A program made the position numbers and the translations under genes. This document shows positions 9,165 through 18,888 of a stretch of DNA of 64,000 nt, piece after piece. Source of the stretch: Gemmatimonadota bacterium (GTDB lineage: Bacteria; Gemmatimonadota; Gemmatimonadetes; Palauibacterales; Palauibacteraceae); the NCBI GenBank assembly GCA_022820995.1, contig JAJEEM010000050.1:1140-65139 (forward strand). Reading direction: 5' to 3'. Below the pieces are notes generated by a model. It saw nothing but the letters and a program-made list of their open reading frames with translations, was not told where the DNA came from and did not search any database. How positions within the stretch are numbered: the first letter of the stretch is position 1; the number at the start of each line of letters is the position of its first letter.

Positions 9165-10984
9165 CACGGGTCTGCTCCTTGCGTTGATCGGGTGGGGCCG
9201 GGGACGAATCGGGATCGCGTGTCGACGGTGTGGCCCGGCCGAACGGCGGTGGTCGGGGACGCGGGGACGATTTCGATTTCGGTGCTGGATTCGGCCGTTC
9301 CGTGCGTGGGGGAAGCGACCTGGAGCGTGAGGCGATACTGCCCCTCGTCGAGCATGGGAAGGCGGAGTTCCAGGGTGCGGCCCTCGGCGCCGGGATTCGT
9401 CGCCTCCTCGAGCCAGCGGATGCCCGCCCGTTCCGTGTCGTCGCGGGCGAGTCCGCTCCATTCGAGGGCCCTGCGCCAGAACCCCTTCCCCTCTCGCGCC
9501 AGCGAAAGCGTCACCTCGAGAGCGGCGGCCGCGGCGGGAGAGCCGTACCACTCCCAGTAGACGGCGAGAGTCTCGCCCGCCCGGGCGGTACGAGCGCCTC
9601 GCGCACGGGTGAGCGCCTCCGAGAGCGTGGAGGGGGAGGCGCCGCCGGTGTCGAGCAGCAGGATGTCGGACAGCAGCGGATGGCCTTCGGCGAGGGGCAT
9701 CCGTGCGCGTGCGGCGCCGGGTCCCTCGTCGCAGCGCGCTTCGACGCCGACGAACGTGGCGGGGGTGAACTCCCGAAGCTCCGCGACCGCGAGCGGCTCG
9801 TCGCTGCGGCCGGTGCTGGCCGCCATCACGCCGTGGGCATCGGCGAGGAAGAGTCCGCTCTCCAGATCACAGGACGGCAGGGAGTCGGGCCATGAGAAGG
9901 CCGCGACCACCCGCCGGCGGCCGTCCCGCCGGAAGCTGGCCACCTGGTGAGGAAGGTTCGCGATCTCGCCGAAGACGGGCGCCCAGCTCGTGCGGCCCTC
10001 CGGCTCATCCAGCTCCCAGAGCGGCTCGTCGTCCCCGGGCTCGAGACGCGCCACGGTGAAGCGCTGCGCCCCCGGCAGGCGGTGCGACCACACGATCTCG
10101 TCCGTCCGCGAGCCGACGAACCGGCGGCGCGCCCGCTCCCAGCCGGCGGGCCAGCCGAAGCGCAGTGTGATTTCGGTGAGATCATCGCCCCAGCGCATCC
10201 CCCAGGGGCTCGCGGCGTCGGCCTGGAGCGCGGCGCGGACGCGGCGGGCGAGGTGTTCCGAGCGTCGCTCGAGTCCCGGCACGAGCCACAACGGGTCGGA
10301 AAGGTGCCAGAACGAGCGCTCCACGGCGCGCCGCGGCGAACTGCCGCAGGCGAAGCGTTCGTAGCGGCCGCGAGACCGGCGCTCGAGGACGGGCCCGAGC
10401 GCGGTCCAGTCACAACGCTCCTCCTCGGTCATCCGGCCGAGCGCACCCTCGAAGGCCACCTCCGCTTCCGCGTAGCGGCCGCTCTCCTGGAGGACGAATC
10501 CGGCCAGCCCGGCGCACCACGCGCTCTCCATGCGGCAGGCTTCCGTCAGCGCGAGCGCCTCTTCCGCGCGGCCCGCCTCCAGCCGGTAGGCGACGCGCTG
10601 CCCGGTGAGCCACTCGTCGCCGGGCACGATCCGGGCGGCGCTGTCGAGGGCGGCAATCAGGGCGAGCCGCTCCTCCACGACCTCTGCCTCCTCCGGGACC
10701 GGCTCCCAATCGTCGTCGTCCCACCCCTCGACGAGGCAGAAGCGCCCGATCCCCTCGCCGCACTCCGGGTTGACCAGGGGGCCGCGCGGGAAATTGCGGC
10801 GCCGGACGTGCTCGAACGCGCGCTGCGCGTCGCGCGCCATCCGTATCGCCGCAGCCGCTTCGGGAGATGCGGGCGGCTCGCGAGACTGAGCCGCGTCTGC
10901 CGGCGTCGAGAGCGCGACGGCGGCGAGCGTCGAGACCAGCGTCGCGCGGGAAGTGTGGGTCCGGATGTCCCAGCCCGGACCCAT
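9164..10984 (-). CDS. Secreted TPR-containing, GWxTD-like protein
   Basis: Signal peptide, TPR-like helices (GRYAEAEVAFEGAL), FWHLSDP..ERRSEHLARR..WGDD..LRFGWP resembling a GWxTD domain, C-terminal Ig-like strands. Confidence 0.6.
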   Translation of the reverse strand: MGPGWDIRTHTSRATLVSTLAAVALSTPADAAQSREPPASPEAAAAIRMARDAQRAFEHVRRRNFPRGPLVNPECGEGIGRFCLVEGWDDDDWEPVPEEAEVVEERLALIAALDSAARIVPGDEWLTGQRVAYRLEAGRAEEALALTEACRMESAWCAGLAGFVLQESGRYAEAEVAFEGALGRMTEEERCDWTALGPVLERRSRGRYERFACGSSPRRAVERSFWHLSDPLWLVPGLERRSEHLARRVRAALQADAASPWGMRWGDDLTEITLRFGWPAGWERARRRFVGSRTDEIVWSHRLPGAQRFTVARLEPGDDEPLWELDEPEGRTSWAPVFGEIANLPHQVASFRRDGRRRVVAAFSWPDSLPSCDLESGLFLADAHGVMAASTGRSDEPLAVAELREFTPATFVGVEARCDEGPGAARARMPLAEGHPLLSDILLLDTGGASPSTLSEALTRARGARTARAGETLAVYWEWYGSPAAAAALEVTLSLAREGKGFWRRALEWSGLARDDTERAGIRWLEEATNPGAEGRTLELRLPMLDEGQYRLTLQVASPTHGTAESSTEIEIVPASPTTAVRPGHTVDTRSRFVPGPTRSTQGADP

Positions 10985-10985
10985 C

Positions 10986-11960
10986 TCAGTACACGTCCAG
11001 ATCCCGGCCGTATGCGAGCGGTCCGTCGTAGCCGGCAGCGCGAATCTCTGCGACCATTTCTTCCGGCGTCGCTCCCCAGCCCAGCTGGTGATGCAGGACG
11101 AGGATGCCCGGGCGCGCCCGCACGGCGAGTTCGGCCAGTTCGACGGTCGACGTGTGAGCCTGGGCGTGATACGACTGCCATTCCGGCGGACGGTCGCGGA
11201 ACGTCGTCGCCGAGTACACCTCGTGCACGAGCACGTCGCACCCCGCGCACATCTCGACGATGGCCTCCGTCGGGGCAGTGTCGCCGGAGATGACGACCGA
11301 GCGCCCGCCTCCGTCGAACCGATAGCCGTATGCCTCGGGCCAGTCCGTATGCGGAACGGCGAAAGCGGTCACGCGGACGCGGTCATCTTCGTAGATGACC
11401 CCCGGGTCGATGTCGACCGCCTCCACCCGCCACCCATCCGGCGTCGCCGGTTGCCGGCCGCTGAGCCGGTTCTCGAGATCCGCCTCCCACGCCGCCGTCA
11501 GGTGCGCGGCCATGGCCGCCGTCCCGTCGGGACCGAACAGCTTCAGCGGCGCCTCCCGCTCGGCCACCCAGGGCGTGTGGATCAGGTCCGGCAGCCCCAC
11601 CGTGTGGTCGCTGTGCAGGTGCGTGAGGAAGGCGATGTCCAGCCGCGCCGCCGTGAGACTCTCGGCGCCGTAGCGGTCCGCCGCCTCCGCCGCGCGCCGC
11701 ACGAGGCCGGGACCCGCGTCCACGATGTAGGCCCGCCCGTCCACGAGCACCGCGGTGGCGGGACCCGACGCCTCCGGTTCGGGATTGGGCGTGCCCGTTC
11801 CCAGCAGGACGACGTGCGTTCCGGTGGAGAGATCGGAGGCCTCGGCCGCGCCGGATGAACCTCCGTCGGGGGCACACGCCCAAAGCACCAGCGCGGGCCA
11901 GACCAGGAGCAGGCGGGGCGCGATGGTCGAGCCCGGGCGGCTTCGTTTTGTGCAGGACAT
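10986..11960 (-). CDS. Metallo-beta-lactamase fold hydrolase (RNase Z/arylsulfatase-like), probable lipoprotein
   Basis: LLGTGTP, VDAGPG, THLHSDH, SGDT, LVHE, HT motifs; N-terminal LWAC. Confidence 0.85.
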   Translation of the reverse strand: MSCTKRSRPGSTIAPRLLLVWPALVLWACAPDGGSSGAAEASDLSTGTHVVLLGTGTPNPEPEASGPATAVLVDGRAYIVDAGPGLVRRAAEAADRYGAESLTAARLDIAFLTHLHSDHTVGLPDLIHTPWVAEREAPLKLFGPDGTAAMAAHLTAAWEADLENRLSGRQPATPDGWRVEAVDIDPGVIYEDDRVRVTAFAVPHTDWPEAYGYRFDGGGRSVVISGDTAPTEAIVEMCAGCDVLVHEVYSATTFRDRPPEWQSYHAQAHTSTVELAELAVRARPGILVLHHQLGWGATPEEMVAEIRAAGYDGPLAYGRDLDVY

Positions 11961-12043
11961 GCCGCAAGATCGTTCGATCGAGCGCGCCGCTCAACCGTTC
12001 GACCCGTCTTGACCGGATCCCGCACGGACGGCCTTTTGCGGCC

Positions 12044-12310
12044 ATGGACGAACCACGCCGCGCTCCGCCTTCCGGCCGCAACCCGGTCGCCGTCGCCGTC
12101 GCGGCCTTCTATGTGCTTCTCTTCGCGGCACTCGTGTGGCCCGTCTATCCGTGGTTCGCCACCATCGAGCCGCGCGTGCTCGCGATGCCGTTCTCGCTCT
12201 TCTACGTCGTCGTCGGACTCCTCTTCTCCTTCTTCGTTCTCTTCGGGTACTACCTGTGGGAGCGGAAGCGGGAGGCGGTCGACGGCGATCCGAACGGCGC
12301 GAGCCGCTGA
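12044..12310 (+). CDS. Small 2-TM symporter accessory protein (DUF3311-like)
   Basis: P.VYPWFATIEPRVLAMPFSLFY; TGATG-coupled to the solute symporter. Confidence 0.8.
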   Translation: MDEPRRAPPSGRNPVAVAVAAFYVLLFAALVWPVYPWFATIEPRVLAMPFSLFYVVVGLLFSFFVLFGYYLWERKREAVDGDPNGASR

Positions 12311-13806
12311 TGCCCGCCTGGCTGATCGTCTTCCTCGTCACGATCGGGTATCTGCTCGCCTCGCTCGCGATCGGGCTCGCCTCCGGCCGCCACGCCTCGG
12401 ATAGCACGGAGGGGTACGTCGCGGGCGACCGCTCGCTGAACTTCCTCGTCCTCTACTTCATCATGGGCGCTTCGGTGTTCAGCGCGTTCGCCTTCCTGGG
12501 CGGGCCCGGCTGGGCCTATTCGCGCGGGGCCGCGGCCTTCTACATCCTCGCCTACGCGTCCGTCGGGCTCGTCCCGTGGTACTTCTTCGGGCCGCGCGTC
12601 GCCGCCCTCGGCCGGCGTTTCGGTTACGTCACGCAGGCGGAACTCTTCGCGCACCGCTTCGACAGCCGCGCGATCCCGGCCATCCTCGCGGTCCTCTCCG
12701 TCTTCGCCTTCGTCCCCTACCTGGTGATTCAGATGAAGGGGGCGGGATACGTCTTCAACGTGGTGACGGAGGGGCGCGTCCCTCAGTGGGCCGGGTCCGC
12801 GATCGCGTACGGTGTCGTCCTCGTCTACGTCTTCCGGAGCGGCGTCCTGGGGGTCGGCTGGACGAACACCTTCCAGGGGATGTTCATGATGGTGCTCGCG
12901 TGGGGGCTGGGCCTCTACCTGCCGGCGAAGCTGCACGGCGGCGTAGGTCCCATGTTCGACGCGATCGCGGCCGGACTCCCGGACATGCTGCGGGGGCCGG
13001 GACTGGGGGCGGACGGACAGCCGTGGAGCTGGGGCGCCTACTCGAGTTCCGTCGCCATCTCCGCCTTCGGGTTCAGCGTGTGGCCGCACTATTTCATGAA
13101 GATCTACACGGCCCGCGACGTGGACACCCTCAAGCGGACGGTCGTCTACTATCCGACCTTCGCGCTCTTCCTCGTCCCCATCCTCTTCATCGGTTTCTCG
13201 GGCGTGCTCGCCTTCCCCGGCGTCGAGCCGGCGGACGCGATCCTGCCCACGATCGTGACCTCGGCGCAGATCGGGCTGCCGCCGCTCATCGTGGGCCTCT
13301 TCTGCGCCGGGGCGCTCGCGGCCTCGATGTCCACGGGCGACGCGCTTCTGCACGCGGCGGGGTCCGTGGCGGTGCGCGACTTCTGGGGCAACCTGCGGCC
13401 GGGCGCGCTCGACGACGCGGCGCAGCGGCGCTGGATTCGCCACATGGTGATCCTCGTGGGCGCCGTCAGCTACGGGCTCGCGCTGATCCCCGGACTCAGC
13501 CTCGTGGAGCTCCTGCTCCTCAGCTACGGGTTCATCGCGCAGCTCTTCCCGCTGACGGTCGTGACCTTCCTGTGGCGGGGAGTCACGCGCGCGGGGGCGC
13601 TGTGGGGTCTCGTGACGGGCGGCGGCATCGCGCTCTTCCTCGAGCTGGCCCTGCGGTTCGATCTCGTCTCGGCCGCCGCGACCGCCGGCGTCCACCCCGG
13701 CATCTACGGCATGGTCGGAAACGTGATCGTCATGATCGCGGTCTCCCGCCACACCGCGCGCCTCGCCCCCGCACACGTCGCCGAATTCATCGACAGCCCG
13801 GGCTAG
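12310..13806 (+). CDS. Sodium:solute symporter family protein
   Basis: YVAGDRS, SAFAFLGGPGWAYSRG, ALAASMSTGD; about 13 TM helices. Confidence 0.92.
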   Translation: MPAWLIVFLVTIGYLLASLAIGLASGRHASDSTEGYVAGDRSLNFLVLYFIMGASVFSAFAFLGGPGWAYSRGAAAFYILAYASVGLVPWYFFGPRVAALGRRFGYVTQAELFAHRFDSRAIPAILAVLSVFAFVPYLVIQMKGAGYVFNVVTEGRVPQWAGSAIAYGVVLVYVFRSGVLGVGWTNTFQGMFMMVLAWGLGLYLPAKLHGGVGPMFDAIAAGLPDMLRGPGLGADGQPWSWGAYSSSVAISAFGFSVWPHYFMKIYTARDVDTLKRTVVYYPTFALFLVPILFIGFSGVLAFPGVEPADAILPTIVTSAQIGLPPLIVGLFCAGALAASMSTGDALLHAAGSVAVRDFWGNLRPGALDDAAQRRWIRHMVILVGAVSYGLALIPGLSLVELLLLSYGFIAQLFPLTVVTFLWRGVTRAGALWGLVTGGGIALFLELALRFDLVSAAATAGVHPGIYGMVGNVIVMIAVSRHTARLAPAHVAEFIDSPG

Positions 13807-13823
13807 GGGAATCTCTGCCAGCG

Positions 13824-14918
13824 CTACTTCGTCCAGATCGCGACGACCCCGCACTGGGAAGCGGATCCGCCGAACTCCGCCGCGAGGGACGAAGCGCTTA
13901 CGTATATTTCGATGCCCGCAATCTCGGTCGGTCTCACCAAGTCGTCGATGGACTCCCCCCTTCGTCCGCCGAGACCTCTGACGGGCGTGCCATCGAGATA
14001 GAACTTCACCGGGCAACCCCCCGACATTCGCGAGGATGCCCTTATGTTCACCAATTGACAGTTGGTTCGTCGGAGGTCGCAGTTTCCCAGCCGGATCCCC
14101 GGCTCGTCGGCGATCATGTGCGAGACGAATATCGGTCGGCGCCGCTCGATGTCAGCTTCCGTGAGGAAGGTCGCCCCGCCGATGAGTTCACCCCAGTACT
14201 TGCGCTCGTAGAACCCCTTGACCTCCAGTCGGCGCGACCTCGTCGCCACCGCCACGATGGGTGCCATCTCCACCGGCTGCGGCGCCAGCCCGATTTCGAC
14301 CTCCGTGGTGACGCCGCGTAACACCGCCACCGTGTGAGCAAGAGTGGCATACCCGAGGTGCCGCACAGCCAGCTCATGAACACCGACCGGAACGCCGCTC
14401 AGGATGAAACGGCCCTGCCGGTTGGTCTCAGCCACAGCCGTACCGCCCACGACGGACACCGCCGCCGCCACGACCGGCCTGTCGGTTAGAGCGTCTCGCA
14501 CCTCACCGATCAGGCGTCCCGTCCTCACCGAACCCGAGCGGAGCCGGAGCTCCACTTCATGCAATGTTCCAGGCGCGATGTCGACCACGGACTCCTCGCT
14601 CGATGCATCTCCGAACTCTGCCCACAGCGTGGCCTGTCCGGCGTCCGGCGGAACGCAAAGCACAAGGCCGCCATCGGACTCCACGTCCTGGCGTACCGGC
14701 CTCCTCCCCTGATCCGTCTCGGTCCAGCGAAGAACCACGGTGGCGGTCGGAATCGGGATCGTGCCAACTTCGTCCAGGACCACCACCCGAAGCACGGATC
14801 GTCCGTTGCAATCGGGCTCCTGACCGACAAGCCCCGGAACCCCGACTCCGAGCCCGAGAAGCGCAACGATCACGCAGAGCAGCCGTCCTGTCGCCGCCCG
14901 CCGCGTTCGATGCGTCAT
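13824..14918 (-). CDS. Secreted CarboxypepD_reg-like + TonB-plug-like protein (copy 1)
   Basis: Signal peptide, G.VRDALTDRPV..A.V..ETNRQGRFILSGVP, GFYERK, FYLDG..IAGIEIY..CGVVAIWTK. Confidence 0.75.
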   Translation of the reverse strand: MTHRTRRAATGRLLCVIVALLGLGVGVPGLVGQEPDCNGRSVLRVVVLDEVGTIPIPTATVVLRWTETDQGRRPVRQDVESDGGLVLCVPPDAGQATLWAEFGDASSEESVVDIAPGTLHEVELRLRSGSVRTGRLIGEVRDALTDRPVVAAAVSVVGGTAVAETNRQGRFILSGVPVGVHELAVRHLGYATLAHTVAVLRGVTTEVEIGLAPQPVEMAPIVAVATRSRRLEVKGFYERKYWGELIGGATFLTEADIERRRPIFVSHMIADEPGIRLGNCDLRRTNCQLVNIRASSRMSGGCPVKFYLDGTPVRGLGGRRGESIDDLVRPTEIAGIEIYVSASSLAAEFGGSASQCGVVAIWTK

Positions 14919-14977
14919 TGCCTAACGGATCCCGTCCACAATCGAACGTTCTCCGTATCTTCAGCCGGCAGCCCGGT

Positions 14978-16048
14978 CTACTTCGTCCAGATCAGGACGA
15001 GGGCGCACTGTCCGACGCCGAACCGCATCATGCCGCCGGGGAGTGCCGTGGAGCTCCGGTACACTTCGACGCCGGCGACTTCGCTGGGCAGCAGGACCGA
15101 GTTGAGCGCGAAATTGCTCCCGCTGCCCCTGTCGAGATTGCCCACGTTGATGTTGTCGAGATACACCTGGAGGCAGTCACCGAGAGTCCCGCGCGTCCTG
15201 CCCGCGCGCACGAGCCGCGGACGCAGCATCGTGTGTTGCTCGAGCAGCTGGCTCATGCGCATCGGACGCCAACGCTCCAGGTACTCCGGCGTGAGGAACT
15301 CGCCGACACCGAGCATCTCGCCCCAATACTGGCGCTCGTAGAACCCCTTGCTCTCGAGCCTGCGCGATCGGACCGTCGTCGCGACCAGGGGCTCCATCTC
15401 GACGGGATCCGGAACGAGGCCGATGTCCACCTGTGTGGTGAGTCCCGGTTTCACGGTGACGACGTATTCGAGGGGCTCGTATCCCATGCGGCGGACCTGG
15501 AATTCCTTCGCCCCCGCGGGGATGCCCGTGAGGATGTACCGTCCCCAGCGGTCGGTCTCGACTTCGCCCCGGCGACCGGCCACGGTCACGGCCGCGGTGG
15601 TGACCGGGTCTTTCGTTACGGCGTCGAATATTCGACCCTCGAGGCGTCCGGGGTTCTCTTCCCCCAGAAGTCGGAGTTCGACGTCACTCGTCTCGCCCGG
15701 GATCAGCTCGACGGACGTTTGCTCGCTCGACCCGTCCCCGGATTCCGCCCACACCGTCGCCTTCGTCGCGTCTCGCGGAGCGCAATACGTGAAGCCGCCG
15801 TCATCGCCGGAGCGCTTGCGCAGCGGACTGCGGACGGCGTCGGCCCAGCGGATGCGCACGTCGGCGTCGCTCACCCGCACCATCCCCGTGGCATCCAGCA
15901 CTGCGATGCGGAGCCCGGCGCGATCGTCGCACGTGTGGGCCTCCTGGCCCGCCAACGCTCCGGCTCCCAGCAGGCCGCAAAGCACCGCGCTCGCCGCCGA
16001 AGCCATGAGAGTCGAGGGCCCCGAACCCGCAAGTGTCCGCCGTTTCAT
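14978..16048 (-). CDS. Secreted CarboxypepD_reg-like + TonB-plug-like protein (copy 2)
   Basis: Same architecture as the neighbour, ends CALVLIWTK; SD AGGAGG before ATG 16048. Confidence 0.75.
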   Translation of the reverse strand: MKRRTLAGSGPSTLMASAASAVLCGLLGAGALAGQEAHTCDDRAGLRIAVLDATGMVRVSDADVRIRWADAVRSPLRKRSGDDGGFTYCAPRDATKATVWAESGDGSSEQTSVELIPGETSDVELRLLGEENPGRLEGRIFDAVTKDPVTTAAVTVAGRRGEVETDRWGRYILTGIPAGAKEFQVRRMGYEPLEYVVTVKPGLTTQVDIGLVPDPVEMEPLVATTVRSRRLESKGFYERQYWGEMLGVGEFLTPEYLERWRPMRMSQLLEQHTMLRPRLVRAGRTRGTLGDCLQVYLDNINVGNLDRGSGSNFALNSVLLPSEVAGVEVYRSSTALPGGMMRFGVGQCALVLIWTK

Positions 16049-16147
16049 TCCGATCCTCCTTCTGATTGACCTGCCTGTACCCGGATACCAGACGCTCTTG
16101 GCCGACCGTAGGTCACAGACCATCGGTGCCCGGGATGGGGCGGCGCG

Positions 16148-17365
16148 TCAGCTCGCACGGGCGTAACGGGCCGGCCAGTGGAGGGCGAGGGCCGCGTTGC
16201 CGCGGATGCCGGTCGCCAGTTCGTCGATCTCGATGTGCTCGTTGACGGTGTGGGCCAGCCGGTCGTCGCCGGGCCCGAAGCCGACCACGGTCATGCCCGC
16301 GAGCCCGAAGTGTCCGCCGTCGGTCGCAAAGTCCCAGATGTCGACAGGCGGCTCTGCCCCGAGCGGGGCGGCCAGGACCTCGACCGCCGTGCGAACCGCG
16401 TCGTGGTTGGCGGGCAGCGAGAGCGCCGGGTTGTCGGCCGGATACGTCATCTCGTACCCCGCGTAGCTCGAGCGCTCGTGCTGCGGGATCAGGATGTCGC
16501 TGCTCGATCCCTCGATCTCGCACGCGCGCAGCACGGGCAGGAGTTGCTCCCGCAGCGAGGCCGCGTCCTGCCCGGTCACGGTCCGGCAGTCGAGCGTGAC
16601 CTCCGCCAGGCCTGGGATGACGTTGCCGCTGGTCTGATCCGTCCCGATGAGCGTCGGAGCGATGGAGCAGGTGCCCAGATCGGGGTCGTGCGCGAGGTCG
16701 ACGTCTTCCAGCGCCGCGAGGAATCGGCCGAGTACGGTCAGAGGGTTGCGGCCGATGTCGGTCATCGAGGCGTGGGCCATCCTCCCCCGCACCTGGACGC
16801 GGAGTTCGATCCGGCCCCGGTGTCCGCGACGGACCTCGTTCCGGCTGGGCTCGCCGATCAGGACCAGATCGGGCTGCAGCGTTTCCGCCATGTAGCGGGC
16901 GCCGAGTCCGCCGACTTCCTCCTGTACCGTTGCCGTCACGTAGACGTCGCCGGGAGGCCGCCGGCCGGCGGCGACGAGCCGGGCGATGCCGTGCACCTGT
17001 GCCGCGAGCGGTCCCTTGATGTCGATCGCGCCCCGCCCCCACAGCAGGCCGTCGTGGATCTCGCCGCCGTAGGGGTCGTGGGGCCAGTCCGCCGGATCCC
17101 CGGCGTCCACGTGGTCGAGATGGGTGTTGAACATCACCGAGGGCGCGTCGCCGGTTCCGCGGATGAGGCCGATGACGTTGCCCGCGGCGTCATAATCGAT
17201 GTCGTCGTAGCCGAGCGCGCGCATCTCGGCGGCGACGAGCCCGGCCAGTTCGCCTTCTTCGCCCGGCATCGACTGCGTGCGGATGAGTCGCTGCAGGAAG
17301 CGGACGCAGGCGTCGAGCGCCCCGCGGGACAGCTCGGGAGCGGTATGGTCGTTTGACATCATCAT
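16148..17365 (-). CDS. M20-family metallo-hydrolase (ArgE/DapE/YgeY-like)
   Basis: HLDHV, GRGAIDIKG, VQEE, GEPS, ATDGGH, AHTVNE. Confidence 0.9.
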   Translation of the reverse strand: MMMSNDHTAPELSRGALDACVRFLQRLIRTQSMPGEEGELAGLVAAEMRALGYDDIDYDAAGNVIGLIRGTGDAPSVMFNTHLDHVDAGDPADWPHDPYGGEIHDGLLWGRGAIDIKGPLAAQVHGIARLVAAGRRPPGDVYVTATVQEEVGGLGARYMAETLQPDLVLIGEPSRNEVRRGHRGRIELRVQVRGRMAHASMTDIGRNPLTVLGRFLAALEDVDLAHDPDLGTCSIAPTLIGTDQTSGNVIPGLAEVTLDCRTVTGQDAASLREQLLPVLRACEIEGSSSDILIPQHERSSYAGYEMTYPADNPALSLPANHDAVRTAVEVLAAPLGAEPPVDIWDFATDGGHFGLAGMTVVGFGPGDDRLAHTVNEHIEIDELATGIRGNAALALHWPARYARAS

Positions 17366-17450
17366 GGTCGGTCCTCAGGGGGGTTCGGGTTCCGGAGGGT
17401 GGTCATCCCGGCTGACTCTCAATGCGGGACGGAAGGAGTTCCGTCAACAC

Positions 17451-18860
17451 TCACGCTTGCGCGACCACGGGCGGCAAGCCGATCGGGCACGCGTGCCGGA
17501 TGGCCGACGCTACGGCAAGCGCCCGGCCCTCGCCGCGGGGCGGCGCGACGACCTGCAACCCGACGGGGAGCCCGGCCGCATCCAGCCCGGCCGGGACGCA
17601 GGCGACCGGCAGACCCGGCATCGAGAGCAGGAAGGTGGGGGCGATCCAGTCCACATACGTCTTCATCGGCCGCCCCCCGACCGTCTCCGGATAGTTCTGC
17701 TCCGCCGGGAAGGGCGGGATCGCCATGCACGGCGTCAAGAGCGCGTCGTACCGCTCGAGGAGGACGAGCAGCTCTTCCCTCACCCGGCGGCGCACGTTCT
17801 CCGCCGCCCCGATCTCCGCCGGAGTCAGCGACAGTCCCGAGCGGAGGTTCGCCGACACGTTGGGGCCGAAGGCGTCGACCCGGTGCAGTTCGGCCTCGAA
17901 ATGGGACACGAACCAGTGCCCGCGGAGGACGAGAAACGCGTCCCACGCCCAGGAGAGGTCGAGATCCACCTCGTCCACCCGCGCGCCCGCCGCCCGAAGC
18001 GACACGAGCGCCTCGCGGCAGGCCGCCTCCACGCCGCCGTCGATTCCGATCCGCGCGATGTCGCCGCACCAGGCCCAGCGGCTCCCGGCGAGTTCGGCGG
18101 CGTCCGCCTCCGGCCAGAGCGGGTCGGGTGCCGTGACCGGCGAGGCCGGATCGGGTCCCGAGATCGCCCGCAGCCCGAAGGCGACGTCCTCCGGATCTCG
18201 TGCCATCAGGCCGGTCGACTGCAGGTCGTCCCACAAGTAGGCGGCGGGCACCGTCGGGACGAGCCCCGGCGTGGGGCGAAGCCCCGCGATGCCGCAGAAG
18301 GAGGCGGGGATCCGCAGCGAGCCGCCGAGATCCGTGCCCTGCGCGAGTGAGATCATCCCCGTCGCGAGGGCGACCGCTCCGCCTCCTGTCGACCCACCCG
18401 CGCTGAGGGCGGGGTTCCACGGGTTCCGGGTCACGCCGAACACTTCGTTCCACGTGTTTCCGCCCGCGGCGAACTCCGGCGTGTTCGTCTTCCCGAGGAT
18501 CACCGCGCCGGCCTCGCGCAGGCGACGCACGACGAGCGCATCCACCTCGGGCACGTGGTCCGCGAAGAGCGGCGAGCCGTACGTCGTGCGGAGGCCCGCC
18601 GTCTCGGTCACGTCCTTGATGCCGACGACGAGCCCCGCGAGGGTTCCCGGATCCGCGCCCGCCCGGAGGGAGGCGTCGACGGCGGCCGCCTCCGCCTCCG
18701 CCTCGGGGTTCAGCGTGACGACGGCGTTGAGTTCTTCGTTGTGCCGTTCGACGCGGGCGAGGCAGGCGCCGAGCAGCTCGGCCGCGGCCAGCTCCCCCGC
18801 ACGGATGCGCCGGGCCTGCTCCCGCGCGGAGAGCAGCGCCGGATCGTGGTGTTCCATCAC
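17451..18860 (-). CDS. Amidase (amidase-signature family)
   Basis: IKD, GKTNTPEF, GGSTGG, GTDLGGSLRIPA (Ser-cisSer-Lys triad). Confidence 0.93.
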   Translation of the reverse strand: MMEHHDPALLSAREQARRIRAGELAAAELLGACLARVERHNEELNAVVTLNPEAEAEAAAVDASLRAGADPGTLAGLVVGIKDVTETAGLRTTYGSPLFADHVPEVDALVVRRLREAGAVILGKTNTPEFAAGGNTWNEVFGVTRNPWNPALSAGGSTGGGAVALATGMISLAQGTDLGGSLRIPASFCGIAGLRPTPGLVPTVPAAYLWDDLQSTGLMARDPEDVAFGLRAISGPDPASPVTAPDPLWPEADAAELAGSRWAWCGDIARIGIDGGVEAACREALVSLRAAGARVDEVDLDLSWAWDAFLVLRGHWFVSHFEAELHRVDAFGPNVSANLRSGLSLTPAEIGAAENVRRRVREELLVLLERYDALLTPCMAIPPFPAEQNYPETVGGRPMKTYVDWIAPTFLLSMPGLPVACVPAGLDAAGLPVGLQVVAPPRGEGRALAVASAIRHACPIGLPPVVAQA

Positions 18861-18888
18861 GGCGGACGAAGCTCCCCGGCCCCCGCGT

